Assembly (NCBI GenBank): GCA_038061035.1 | Contig: JBBUAC010000023.1 | Span: 1-37,823, forward strand | Source: Patescibacteria group bacterium | Lineage (GTDB): Bacteria; Patescibacteriota; Minisyncoccia; Phycocordibacterales; UBA9973 | Length of the DNA: 37,823 nucleotides | Reading direction: 5' to 3' | Shown here: positions 1 to 8,597 of the stretch, piece by piece | Numbering within the stretch: position 1 is the stretch's first letter | How the letters are laid out: every line of letters begins with the position of its first letter | Program-made: the position numbers and the translations under genes | Notes under the pieces: model-generated | What the model was told of the DNA's origin: nothing | The model's input: only the letters and a program-made list of their open reading frames with translations | Databases searched by the model: none

Positions 1-1202
1 TAAATTCCGAACCACTTTCTTCTATTTTTCCATTTGTTTCTTTTGACCTCACTTCAGACAAAGGAATACTTTATGGAATAAATAGACACAATTCTTCTTT
101 GGTGATTTTTGATAGATTCTCATTAGAAAATTATAATTCGGTTACCTTCGCAAAGTCAGGTTCTGGAAAAAGTTATGCCACAAAATTAGAAATTTTAAGG
201 TCTTTAATGTTTGATATTGATGTTATAGTTATAGATCCAGAAAGAGAATATGAATATTTATCAGAAGCTGTAGGTGGAAGATATTTTAATATTTCTCTTT
301 CATCAGATCACCACATAAATCCATTTGATTTACCAATACCAAGAGAAGATGAAACAGCAGAAGATGTCCTCCGTTCAAATACGATAAACTTGGTAGGACT
401 TTTTAGATTAATGTTAGGAGGCCTCACACCAGAAGAGGATTCTATTGTGGATCGTGCTATTACAGAAACTTATGCAATAAAAGACATTACACCTGATTCT
501 GATTTTTCAAATATTGAACCTCCTCTTTTGTCAGATTTTGAAATGGTATTAGGTGGTATGGATGGATCTGATTCGATAGTGACTCGGCTCGCTAAATTTA
601 CAAAAGGATCTTGGTCAACTTTTATAAACAAACCATCCAATGTTGATATTAATAAAAAATTTATTGTTTTTTCTGTGCGAGATATGGAAGACGAATTAAA
701 GCCAATAGCTATGTATATAGTAATGCATTATATTTGGAACACTATACGCAAAAACTTAAAAAAGCGCCTGTTGGTGGTGGATGAAGCGTGGTGGATGATG
801 AAATCCGAAGACACTGCTTCATTTTTATATTCTATGGCAAAAAGAGGTAGAAAATATTATTTAGGGCTTGCTACAATCACTCAAGACGCAGCAGACTTTA
901 TGAAATCTCCATATGGCATTCCTATAGTCACAAACTCATCTATTCAACTTCTTTTAAAACAATCGCCATCAACAATAGATGTTTTGCAAAAAACATTTAA
1001 TTTAACAGATGAAGAAAAATATTTATTATTGGAGTCTGGTGTGGGAGAGGGGATATTTTTTGCGGGCTTAAAACATGTGGCTATAAAAGTGGTAGCTTCT
1101 TATACAGAAGACCAAATAATAACATCTGACCCTTCACAAATATTATCAATCAAAAAAGCAAAAGAGGATTTAGAGAAAGCAGAAGTAAACACTAGGCGCT
1201 AG
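1..1202 (+). CDS. VirB4/TrbE-like type IV secretion ATPase, C-terminal part (5' end lies upstream of the window)
   Basis: Frame 3 is open from base 3 to the TAG at 1200-1202, so the listed start at 99 is only an internal TTG. Walker A FAKSGSGKSY, Walker B LLVVDEAWWMM, LATITQ motif. Confidence 0.8.
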   Translation, partial: NSEPLSSIFPFVSFDLTSDKGILYGINRHNSSLVIFDRFSLENYNSVTFAKSGSGKSYATKLEILRSLMFDIDVIVIDPEREYEYLSEAVGGRYFNISLSSDHHINPFDLPIPREDETAEDVLRSNTINLVGLFRLMLGGLTPEEDSIVDRAITETYAIKDITPDSDFSNIEPPLLSDFEMVLGGMDGSDSIVTRLAKFTKGSWSTFINKPSNVDINKKFIVFSVRDMEDELKPIAMYIVMHYIWNTIRKNLKKRLLVVDEAWWMMKSEDTASFLYSMAKRGRKYYLGLATITQDAADFMKSPYGIPIVTNSSIQLLLKQSPSTIDVLQKTFNLTDEEKYLLLESGVGEGIFFAGLKHVAIKVVASYTEDQIITSDPSQILSIKKAKEDLEKAEVNTRR

Positions 1203-1223
1203 GCCTTAGGCTCTAGGCGCTAG
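1193..1223. repeat. Tandem heptamer TAGGCNN, about 4.4 copies, overlapping the stop codon of the VirB4-like gene
   Basis: TAGGC begins at 1193, 1200, 1207 and 1214, and TAG at 1221. It is a GC-rich patch in AT-rich surroundings. Confidence 0.7.
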
Positions 1224-1246
1224 TTAAAAATGCTATAATCAAGGTA

Positions 1247-2239
1247 ATGAGAAAAATAAATTTAATTTTAATACTTATACTCAGTTTGATCTCGGTTTTT
1301 ACTCTTTCACCATTTTATACTTTTGCTCAAGTGCAAGATACCGATGTCACATTATCTATTTCCCCAGAATATCCAAGTGCTAAAGAAAATGTAACTGCTA
1401 GTTTGTCTAGTTATGTAATTGATTTAAATAAAGCAAATATCTCTTGGTCACTAAATAATGAAGAGATAGGAAGGGGTATAGGTAAAAAAACAATTTCTTT
1501 TACAATAAATGACCTAGGTCTTGAAACTATTTTAAATGTTAATATAGAAACAACAAATAGACAAAGTATAGATAAAACCATTATTATACCTTCTGGAAAC
1601 ATAGATATGCTTTGGGAAGCGACAGACTCTTATGTTCCTCCTTTTTACAGAGGAAAAGCATTGGTTGCAAGAGAAGGAAAATTTAAAATAGTAGCAATAC
1701 CTTCTATAATATCGCAAAGTGGACAAATAAATCCAAACAATTTATCTTATGCTTGGAAAAAAGATAATAATGGTCAAACAAATTCTTCTGGTTGGGGAAA
1801 AAGTTCTTTTTCATTTAAAAACAGTTATTTAGATATTATAAATAAAATTGAAGTCACTGTGTCAGATATTTCTGGAAATACAAAACTTGCTGGAAGTATA
1901 AACTTACAAACAACACAGCCAAAAATACTTTTTTATAAAAAAGATCCACTGCTTGGTGTGCAAAATCAAAATGCATTGAATAATGATTTTACTGTAGGGA
2001 CTAATGGAGAAACTATCATCGCTATACCTTATTTCTTTTCACCCAAAAATCTTTCTTCCTCAAATCTGACTTGGAATTGGGAAGTAGGAAATTCTAAAAT
2101 AAATACACCAACTCCTAAAAATGAAATAAGAGTAAAAGGAGAAGAGGGGAAGGGTGGTAGAACAAAAATAAAAATAGTTGTGAGTAATATAAAGACCTTA
2201 TTCCAAGAAGCAGTAAAAGAAATAATCGTAAGTTTTTAA
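1247..2239 (+). CDS. Secreted protein of unknown function (signal peptide), in the T4SS-like cluster
   Basis: 330-aa ORF with a hydrophobic N-terminus LILILILSLISVFTLSPFYTFAQ. TGcTATAAT at 1231-1239 lies 7 nt before the ATG. Confidence 0.6.
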   Translation: MRKINLILILILSLISVFTLSPFYTFAQVQDTDVTLSISPEYPSAKENVTASLSSYVIDLNKANISWSLNNEEIGRGIGKKTISFTINDLGLETILNVNIETTNRQSIDKTIIIPSGNIDMLWEATDSYVPPFYRGKALVAREGKFKIVAIPSIISQSGQINPNNLSYAWKKDNNGQTNSSGWGKSSFSFKNSYLDIINKIEVTVSDISGNTKLAGSINLQTTQPKILFYKKDPLLGVQNQNALNNDFTVGTNGETIIAIPYFFSPKNLSSSNLTWNWEVGNSKINTPTPKNEIRVKGEEGKGGRTKIKIVVSNIKTLFQEAVKEIIVSF

Positions 2240-2246
2240 TAAAAAC

Positions 2247-2275
2247 TTGACTTCAGTCTTGTTTTTCTATAGAAT
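2247..2275 (+). promoter_or_regulatory. Sigma70-type promoter of AAA ATPase paralog 1
   Basis: TTGACT (2247-2252), a 17-nt spacer, TAGAAT (2270-2275), then 9 nt to the GTG at 2285. Confidence 0.6.
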
Positions 2276-2284
2276 AACTGTACT

Positions 2285-3421
2285 GTGTATATAAGAATTA
2301 TTAAAAAATCTATAAAAAACCATTTATTTAAGAAAAAAATCATTATTTTATATGGTCCTAGACAAGTTGGCAAAACAACATTAGTTAAAGAATTACTAGA
2401 AGAATTTAATGGCGAAAAATTATATATTTCCTGCGATATCCCATCAAGAAGAGCTTTAATTATAGGTCCAGAACCAGCAATTTTAAAACAAAATTTTGGA
2501 AATGCAAAATTAGTAATTATAGATGAAGCTCAATTGATAGAAAATATTGGAGTAATTTTAAAGGTTTTTGTTGATACTTATCCAGATATACAAATAATAG
2601 CTACTGGTTCAAGCTCTTTTGATCTAGCAAACAAAATTCGTGAACCATTAACGGGTAGAGCGTTTGAGTATATGCTTTATCCACTATCTTATGAAGAAAT
2701 AGCTTCAAAAAATAACTTTACAAAACAAGACCAAGGGGGTTTTCGTATGAGATTTGGCTGGTACCCTGGTATATCGGAATCTATACAAGATGCTACAGAA
2801 CAGCTTGAAATTTTACAAAACAATACTTTATATAAAGATATATTTACTCTTGAACAAATAAAAAAGCCAAAAGTTCTACAAGATATCGTATTGCAATTAG
2901 CATACCGCATCGGTACTGTTATTAGTGTGCAAAACTTGGCTGATGAAATAAAAACAACTCCAAAAACAGTTGAGAGGTATATAGATTTATTAGAGAAAAT
3001 GTTTGTATTAATTCGTATTTATCCATATTCAAGAAATCCTAGTAATGAAAGAAAAAAGGGTTATAAGGTATATTTTATAGATATAGGTATCCGTAATAGT
3101 ATTATTAAAGACCACAAAGCCCTAAACTTACGCAATGATATAGGTGCACTTTTTGAAAATTATTTTATAATGGAAAGAATAAAATATTTATCAAATAATT
3201 TTATTTTTACTAATAAATATTTCTGGCAAAACTATTTACAAGAAGAAGTAGATTATATAGAAGAAAAAGATGGAATACTCACAGCTTTTGAATGTAAATA
3301 TACAGAAAGGTCTAGTAAATCATTGTATTTATTCCAAAATACTTATAAAGAAAGTGTGGTAAAAATAATTAGTCAAAAAAATTATCAAGATTTTATAAAA
3401 AACAATGATATAATAAGTTGA
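2285..3421 (+). CDS. AAA+ ATPase, AAA_14 + DUF4143 architecture (COG1373-like), paralog 1
   Basis: Walker A LYGPRQVGKTTL, Walker B LVIIDEAQ, ATGSSS motif. It resembles the ORF at 19418-20533 along its full length. GTG start, TGA stop. Confidence 0.8.
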   Translation: MYIRIIKKSIKNHLFKKKIIILYGPRQVGKTTLVKELLEEFNGEKLYISCDIPSRRALIIGPEPAILKQNFGNAKLVIIDEAQLIENIGVILKVFVDTYPDIQIIATGSSSFDLANKIREPLTGRAFEYMLYPLSYEEIASKNNFTKQDQGGFRMRFGWYPGISESIQDATEQLEILQNNTLYKDIFTLEQIKKPKVLQDIVLQLAYRIGTVISVQNLADEIKTTPKTVERYIDLLEKMFVLIRIYPYSRNPSNERKKGYKVYFIDIGIRNSIIKDHKALNLRNDIGALFENYFIMERIKYLSNNFIFTNKYFWQNYLQEEVDYIEEKDGILTAFECKYTERSSKSLYLFQNTYKESVVKIISQKNYQDFIKNNDIIS

Positions 3422-3481
3422 TATAAAAAAATAAATGTTAACTTTTTAAAAATCATAAATTTATGAAATGAAAAAATAAAA

Positions 3482-4627
3482 ATGCAAAAAACTTTTTCAA
3501 AAATTTTAATAAGTGTAATAATGATAAGTTTTTTTGTTTTACCTTTTGTTTTTTCCAATACAACCTTTGCGCAAAGTATTTTTGATAATAATGATTTTGA
3601 TCAAAATCAAATAGATACTTCAAAAAAAACACCTACCACAACCAAAAATCCAACAACAAAAGAAGTGGTGCCGTTGCCAACCGCACTAGATAATGACGCA
3701 ACAAAATTTACACCAGAAAACACAAACAAAACATTAGAAGATGTTCAAACTGAATTAAAACTAACCCCTGATAATGCATTAGAACAAAAAAAAGAAACTG
3801 ACACAACATACACACCACTTGCAAAGCTTCCTGGTTTAGGAACATTTGATAGCAAAGAACCGTGCGCACTAGGGAGATATTTAAACATATTAGTAAAAAT
3901 ATTAATAGGTTTTTCTGCAGTTCTCGCTATGGTAATGATAGTTATAGGAGGAATAGAATATATGACAAGCGAGCTTGTGTCTTCTAAAAAAGCAGGTATT
4001 GAGAGAATAACAAATGCAATATTAGGACTTTTAATTGCATTAACTGCATTTCTTATATTAAACACAATAAATCCTAATTTACTAAATGTTTGTTTAGACC
4101 AATTGCCAGAAGCGAGGGTTACAGTATTAGAAGAAGACAGAGAAACTTATTCTGAAGCGTCAAAGGGAGTTTCTTATAATATACCAGAAGGAACAATCGC
4201 TGGTAATTGTACAGAAGGCATAAAAAAAGTAGAAACGTCTTTTACCCCAAAAACCGTTATTTATGTGTGTAAAAGTATTGCTACTAATGTTGAGAAATTA
4301 ATTAATACCGCAGCTCTTAGTTCAATTAAATTATCAGGATGGGGTGCTGTTTCAAAAGAAGGACAAATACAAAAAAGAATAAATAATTGTGGTGGAAATA
4401 CACAATATAATATATATGAAAAACCAAATAAACAATGTCAACCACCAACAGCCCGTCCTGGTACATCAAGACATGAAAGTGGTAAAGCTATTGATTTTTT
4501 ATGTGATGGGGTGTTGATTGGATCTCAAGACAATAAATGTTTTGTTTGGTTAAAAAACAATGCAAGTAAATTTGGACTTAAAAATTATGCTGCTGAACCT
4601 TGGCATTGGTCAACTGATGGAGGATAA
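3482..4627 (+). CDS. Fusion protein: signal peptide, low-complexity linker, VirB2/TrbC-like T4SS pilin module, and C-terminal M15 (VanY/DD-carboxypeptidase fold) peptidoglycan peptidase
   Basis: Two-TM pilin-like core LNILVKILIGFSAVLAMVMIVIGGIEYMTS...ILGLLIALTAFLILNTINP. Zinc-peptidase motifs SRHESGKAIDF and EPWHW lie near the C-terminus. Confidence 0.65.
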   Translation: MQKTFSKILISVIMISFFVLPFVFSNTTFAQSIFDNNDFDQNQIDTSKKTPTTTKNPTTKEVVPLPTALDNDATKFTPENTNKTLEDVQTELKLTPDNALEQKKETDTTYTPLAKLPGLGTFDSKEPCALGRYLNILVKILIGFSAVLAMVMIVIGGIEYMTSELVSSKKAGIERITNAILGLLIALTAFLILNTINPNLLNVCLDQLPEARVTVLEEDRETYSEASKGVSYNIPEGTIAGNCTEGIKKVETSFTPKTVIYVCKSIATNVEKLINTAALSSIKLSGWGAVSKEGQIQKRINNCGGNTQYNIYEKPNKQCQPPTARPGTSRHESGKAIDFLCDGVLIGSQDNKCFVWLKNNASKFGLKNYAAEPWHWSTDGG

Positions 4628-4674
4628 AAAATATAACTATTGACTTTGTATAGCCAATGTAATACACTCATATT

Positions 4675-4959
4675 ATGAATACAATAATGACGGTGCGAAT
4701 AGATAGTAAAATAAAGAGTGAGGCTCAAAAAACTTTTGCAAAAATGGGGTTGGATTTATCTTCTGCTGTTAAATTATTTATGAATCAATCTATCCTTGAA
4801 AAAGGACTTCCTTTCAAGCCTAGAACTGTAAACGGATATACAAAAGAGTTTGAAAACAGAATTCTTAATGAGGACAAACAATTGAGTCGTAATATAAAAA
4901 ATGGTAAATCAAAAGGACATAATTCTATAACAAATCTTTATGCTAAACTAATGAACTAA
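4675..4959 (+). CDS. dinJ: RelB/DinJ family antitoxin
   Basis: N-terminal RHH-like VRIDSKIKSEAQKTFAKMGLDLSSAVKLFMNQSILEKGLPF. The gene ends 3 nt before the toxin gene. Confidence 0.8.
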   Translation: MNTIMTVRIDSKIKSEAQKTFAKMGLDLSSAVKLFMNQSILEKGLPFKPRTVNGYTKEFENRILNEDKQLSRNIKNGKSKGHNSITNLYAKLMN

Positions 4960-4962
4960 AAT

Positions 4963-5232
4963 ATGCTTGTTGTTCACTATACATCATCATACAAACGTTC
5001 GTTTAAAAGATATACGCGTTCTGGAAAGTTTCCGTTAGAAAAACTTACAGAAGTTCTTAATTTTCTAAGAGGGGAAAAGCTATTGCCGAACAAATATCGA
5101 GACCATCAACTGAAAGGAAAGTTAGTAGAATTTAGAGAATGCCATATAGCCCCAGACATCTTACTTATTTATAAAATAGAGGGTAACTATCTAAAACTTA
5201 ATAATTTGGGATCACACGGTGAAACATTTTAA
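4963..5232 (+). CDS. yafQ: YafQ family mRNA interferase toxin
   Basis: KYRDHQLKGKLVEFRECHIAPDILLIYKIEGNYLKLNNLGSHGETF matches the YafQ C-terminal signature. Confidence 0.8.
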   Translation: MLVVHYTSSYKRSFKRYTRSGKFPLEKLTEVLNFLRGEKLLPNKYRDHQLKGKLVEFRECHIAPDILLIYKIEGNYLKLNNLGSHGETF

Positions 5233-5260
5233 ATATAAAGTTTTGTAATTCACAATATAT

Positions 5261-5354
5261 AAATAATTTTTAGTGTATAATATATATAGCTTTTAAATTA
5301 TTAATATATTAAAATATCTTTATTATAAAAAAATAATTTATGTCAAAAAGAAAT
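5261..5354 (+). repeat. Duplicated copy of the promoter and first codons of the gene at 6618
   Basis: Block AAATAATTTTTAGTGTATAATA (5261-5282) equals 6583-6604. Block TTTATGTCAAAAAGAAAT (5337-5354) equals 6615-6632. Confidence 0.8.
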
Positions 5355-5363
5355 CTTATCTTA

Positions 5364-6497
5364 TTAATTTTCCTCTAATTTTTTCAAGTACTTTTCTGCT
5401 TCCCTTATTTCTATTCCATTTACTATCCTTTCTAATCTCAAATTTTTTACGACTTGGATTCCTTTTAATTTATATTTTTGGGCAAAATAGCTCAACGTAT
5501 CCGAAACCTTATTATCACTAAGTTTCACTTCCACTATTTGATCCACAATATTTTCCTCATTATATACAGCAAAGTCAACTTCTTTATTTTCTTTAGTCTT
5601 TAAAAAACCGAGACTGTGCTTTTTCCCTGTTTTATCTGTTTTTATGACTGTGTGTTTATATAAAGCTAGGGCGACTAGATTCTCAAATCGTACCCCTTCA
5701 TTATTAATTACACCATAATCAAAAAAGTAAATCTTTGGTTCTTTTAAAATAGAGCGGTTTATTTTGTGAGTGTATGGTTTTATGATAAATACAATATATA
5801 ATGCTTCTAATATAGCTATATATTTCTTGACTGTAACACTAGAAATACCAACATCTCGTGCGATAGCACTATAAGAGATAGGGGAGCCGACTTTCGTTTT
5901 TAGTAAATCATAAATCAATCTCACAGTATTCACTTTATCTATTTCTTCAAAATCAAGCACGTCTTGTCTAAGCAGAATATCTATATATACACCTCTCCAA
6001 TGATCTGCTATATTTGTATCTTCTGCCAAAAGTGGTTCAGGAAAACCACTTCTTTCTAATAAGGTGTCTAATGACACTTCTTTATACACATTTTGTAATT
6101 CAGCTAAAGTAAAAGGCATCAAATGATGTAGTCTAAATCTACCAGCCATAGAATCTCCTGCATGTCTGTGTGCGTTCATACTAGCACTACCTGTAATCAA
6201 AATATGTAAATCGTCCTTTTTTGTATCAAAAATTCCCTTTAGGTGTGTTTTCCATTTAGGCATTTTATGGATTTCATCAAAAACAAGCAGATCTACATCT
6301 GGCAACCAGTTGTAATTTTTCATAACCTCTTTATGTTCAATATTATCGTAATTCAAATAAAGTGGATTCTTGTATGATTTCATTATTTCCTTGGCTAGCC
6401 ATGTCTTACCTACTTGTCTTGGACCCACAATAAATACCATTTTCTTTTTTAAATCAGACAATACGTTTTCTTTTACTTTTCTTTGTATATTTTTCAT
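5364..6497 (-). CDS. AAA+ ATPase, AAA_14 + DUF4143 (COG1373-like), paralog 2 (divergent subfamily)
   Basis: Walker A VGPRQVGKTWL, Walker B LLVFDEIHK, ITGSAS motif. Confidence 0.8.
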   Translation of the reverse strand: MKNIQRKVKENVLSDLKKKMVFIVGPRQVGKTWLAKEIMKSYKNPLYLNYDNIEHKEVMKNYNWLPDVDLLVFDEIHKMPKWKTHLKGIFDTKKDDLHILITGSASMNAHRHAGDSMAGRFRLHHLMPFTLAELQNVYKEVSLDTLLERSGFPEPLLAEDTNIADHWRGVYIDILLRQDVLDFEEIDKVNTVRLIYDLLKTKVGSPISYSAIARDVGISSVTVKKYIAILEALYIVFIIKPYTHKINRSILKEPKIYFFDYGVINNEGVRFENLVALALYKHTVIKTDKTGKKHSLGFLKTKENKEVDFAVYNEENIVDQIVEVKLSDNKVSDTLSYFAQKYKLKGIQVVKNLRLERIVNGIEIREAEKYLKKLEEN

Positions 6498-6582
6498 ATA
6501 TGACTATTTTATACGATATTTTAAAAAAGTCAAGACTATTTTAAAAAGCTCTTCCTTTTGGTCAAAGAGGTATTTTACTAGA

Positions 6583-6632
6583 AAATAATTTTTAGTGTAT
6601 AATAAATAATAACTTTTATGTCAAAAAGAAAT
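6583..6632 (+). repeat. Resident promoter and start region of gene 6618, partner of the 5261-5354 repeat
   Basis: Extended -10 TGTATAAT at 6596-6603 and ATGTCAAAAAGAAAT at 6618-6632. Both blocks are repeated upstream of the AAA ATPase cassette. Confidence 0.8.
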
Positions 6633-7988
6633 ACAATATTATTTATAATAGTTCTCATAATTCTAACCACTGGTGTTTTGTGGTATTTTTATTTTAACAA
6701 ATCTACAGACACAATAAATACAAACACAAAAACTGAAGGAGAAAATTTTGTATCTAATTTTTTTAATTTTGGAAAAATAAAAACAAAAGAAGTGGAGGAT
6801 GATTCAACGCCGGTAACCGATATTTCAGAAGAAAACGAAGAAACAACAATAGATATTCAAGAAGGGAATTTGTTTAAGATCTCAAGTATGCCCGTCGCTG
6901 GTTTTACTGTTTTTATGAAAGAAAGATTTAAAGAAATTGCAAATCCAAAAGAAATAGAACAAAACAACTTGAAGGCCAACTTGGAGGTCTTGCCTCCAAG
7001 TGAAAAAAAGGTTACTCCGATAGCTCCACTCACTGAGTTTGTTCCTGCTTTGAGGTATGTAGATAAAGCTACTGGTAATATTTATCAGACTTTTACAGAC
7101 CAAATAAATGAGCGTAAATTTTCTAATATGGAAATAGAAGGTATTTATGAAGCTTATTTTGGCAATAATGGAAACACAGTGATATCGCGATATCTTAAAA
7201 GTTCACCTCTTTTAAGTGGAGAAACAATTATTACTTATTCTGGTTCATTACCAAAAGAAATATTAGGAAATGATTCTGTAGTTGAAAATAATATAAGTGG
7301 ATCTTTTTTACCTGAAAATATAATAGATATGAGTATTTCTCCTAACACAACAAAAATGTTTTATTTATTTAATTGGAAAGAGGGCGTGGTTGGCACAACA
7401 GCTTTCTCTAATGGAGATAATAAGAAACAAATTTTTGATTCTAAATATACAGAGTGGCTCACACAATGGCCAAATGAAAATACAATTACAATTACCACAA
7501 AATCTGCGTCTTTTGTACCAGGATTTATGTATATAATTAATCCAAACAATTCGTCTATTGGTTTAAAAAGAATATTAGGTGGAATAAGGGGGCTGACAAC
7601 ACTTACAAGTCCAAATGGAAAGTTAGTTTTATATAGCAATGACACTGTTTCTTTAAATATCTACGATATAGAAACGGGAGAAGCTCAAACCTTGGGTGTA
7701 AAAAGTTTACCTGAAAAATGTGTTTGGGGAATATCTAGTGATGTTATTTATTGTGCTGTGCCTAAATTGATTGATAATTCTTTTTCATATCCAGATTCTT
7801 GGTATCGCGGGGAAGTGTCTTTTTCAGATGATATTTGGAGAATTGATGTCTCACAAGGAAATGCTAAAATAATATTTAATTCAGAAGAAGAAATAGATGG
7901 AGTTAGACTTATGTTAGACCAAAATGAAGACTTTTTATTTTTTATAAATAAAAAAGATTCTTATCTTTGGGGACTAACGTTGGAATAA
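6618..7988 (+). CDS. Membrane-anchored protein of unknown function (N-terminal TM, possibly a beta-propeller-like extracellular part)
   Basis: 456-aa ORF with TM segment ILFIIVLIILTTGVLWYFYF. I recognise no catalytic motif. Confidence 0.55.
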   Translation: MSKRNTILFIIVLIILTTGVLWYFYFNKSTDTINTNTKTEGENFVSNFFNFGKIKTKEVEDDSTPVTDISEENEETTIDIQEGNLFKISSMPVAGFTVFMKERFKEIANPKEIEQNNLKANLEVLPPSEKKVTPIAPLTEFVPALRYVDKATGNIYQTFTDQINERKFSNMEIEGIYEAYFGNNGNTVISRYLKSSPLLSGETIITYSGSLPKEILGNDSVVENNISGSFLPENIIDMSISPNTTKMFYLFNWKEGVVGTTAFSNGDNKKQIFDSKYTEWLTQWPNENTITITTKSASFVPGFMYIINPNNSSIGLKRILGGIRGLTTLTSPNGKLVLYSNDTVSLNIYDIETGEAQTLGVKSLPEKCVWGISSDVIYCAVPKLIDNSFSYPDSWYRGEVSFSDDIWRIDVSQGNAKIIFNSEEEIDGVRLMLDQNEDFLFFINKKDSYLWGLTLE

Positions 7989-8053
7989 TTACAAATTTTC
8001 AATTACGAATTACGAATTTAAATTCATAATTCGTAATTCGTAATTCGTAATTT
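7987..8053. terminator. ATTACGA-heptad palindromic hairpin (family copy 1), a bidirectional terminator between convergent genes
   Basis: ATTACGAATTACGAATTT|AAATTCATAATTCGTAAT is a near-perfect palindrome centred at 8020/8021. Extra AATTCGT units follow, then TTTTT. Confidence 0.7.
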
Positions 8054-8578
8054 TTAATTGTTTCCTATGTATTTAATTATTACCCTACGAGAACGACCGT
8101 ATCCTTCGGATTCGGTTTTTAAATCTGTAGCATTAGAAAGAAATTCATGTACTATTCTCCGTTCGTAAGCCGGCATTGGGTCAATCTCTATATTTGATTT
8201 AAAATAACGAGCTCGTTCCGCCATCATATGCACTATTGCATGAACATTTTCTATTCTTTTTTTCTGAAAACCATTCATATCAATAATAATATTTACGTTT
8301 TCGAATGGGATTTTGTTGTCTGTATTGGGAATTAATTCACTATCTTTGTTTTTTGAAAATATTTTATTTTCTATCATTCTGCGAGCAATGTGATTTAATG
8401 CGAAAAGAGCTTCACCTTCACGATTTAAGAAAAAATGTGGTTCTTTTGTTGTGATTTCAAACCATGTTGTTTTTATTTGATTTTCTTTTTCATCTTCTTT
8501 TACAAGAATCTCATCAAAAACTGTTGTGGTTTTTTCAATTAATTCCTTTATTAAGTTTTCTATTTCTTGTTTTTGCAT
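8054..8578 (-). CDS. khpB: Jag/KhpB RNA-binding protein (KH + R3H domains)
   Basis: C-terminal R3H-type MPAYERRIVHEFLS...SEGYGRSRRVII. Position is directly downstream of yidC. Confidence 0.75.
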   Translation of the reverse strand: MQKQEIENLIKELIEKTTTVFDEILVKEDEKENQIKTTWFEITTKEPHFFLNREGEALFALNHIARRMIENKIFSKNKDSELIPNTDNKIPFENVNIIIDMNGFQKKRIENVHAIVHMMAERARYFKSNIEIDPMPAYERRIVHEFLSNATDLKTESEGYGRSRRVIIKYIGNN

Positions 8579-8597
8579 TTTGTATTATTTTTATTTT

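Noticed and set aside
1241-1244. AAGG upstream of the 1247 start as a Shine-Dalgarno site
   Set aside because: It lies only 2 nt from the ATG, which is too close. It also falls inside the -10-to-start spacer that fits the leaderless pattern seen at the other genes.
3419-3421. Alternative genetic code (UGA recoded, as in some candidate phyla)
   Set aside because: TGA terminates well-supported genes at their expected lengths (for example 3419-3421 and 22618-22620). All conserved genes are uninterrupted under the standard code.
6370-6588. 72-aa plus-strand ORF, and the 61-aa ORF at 8526-8711
   Set aside because: Both overlap the 5' ends and promoters of well-supported minus-strand genes (AAA ATPase paralog 2, and jag/yidC). 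Both encode low-complexity hydrophobic strings.
7987-8053. CRISPR array or long tandem repeat
   Set aside because: The repeats are 7-nt units in inverted orientation that form a hairpin. There are no spacers and no 25-40-nt direct repeats. Nothing elsewhere in the window looks like a CRISPR array or a cas gene.
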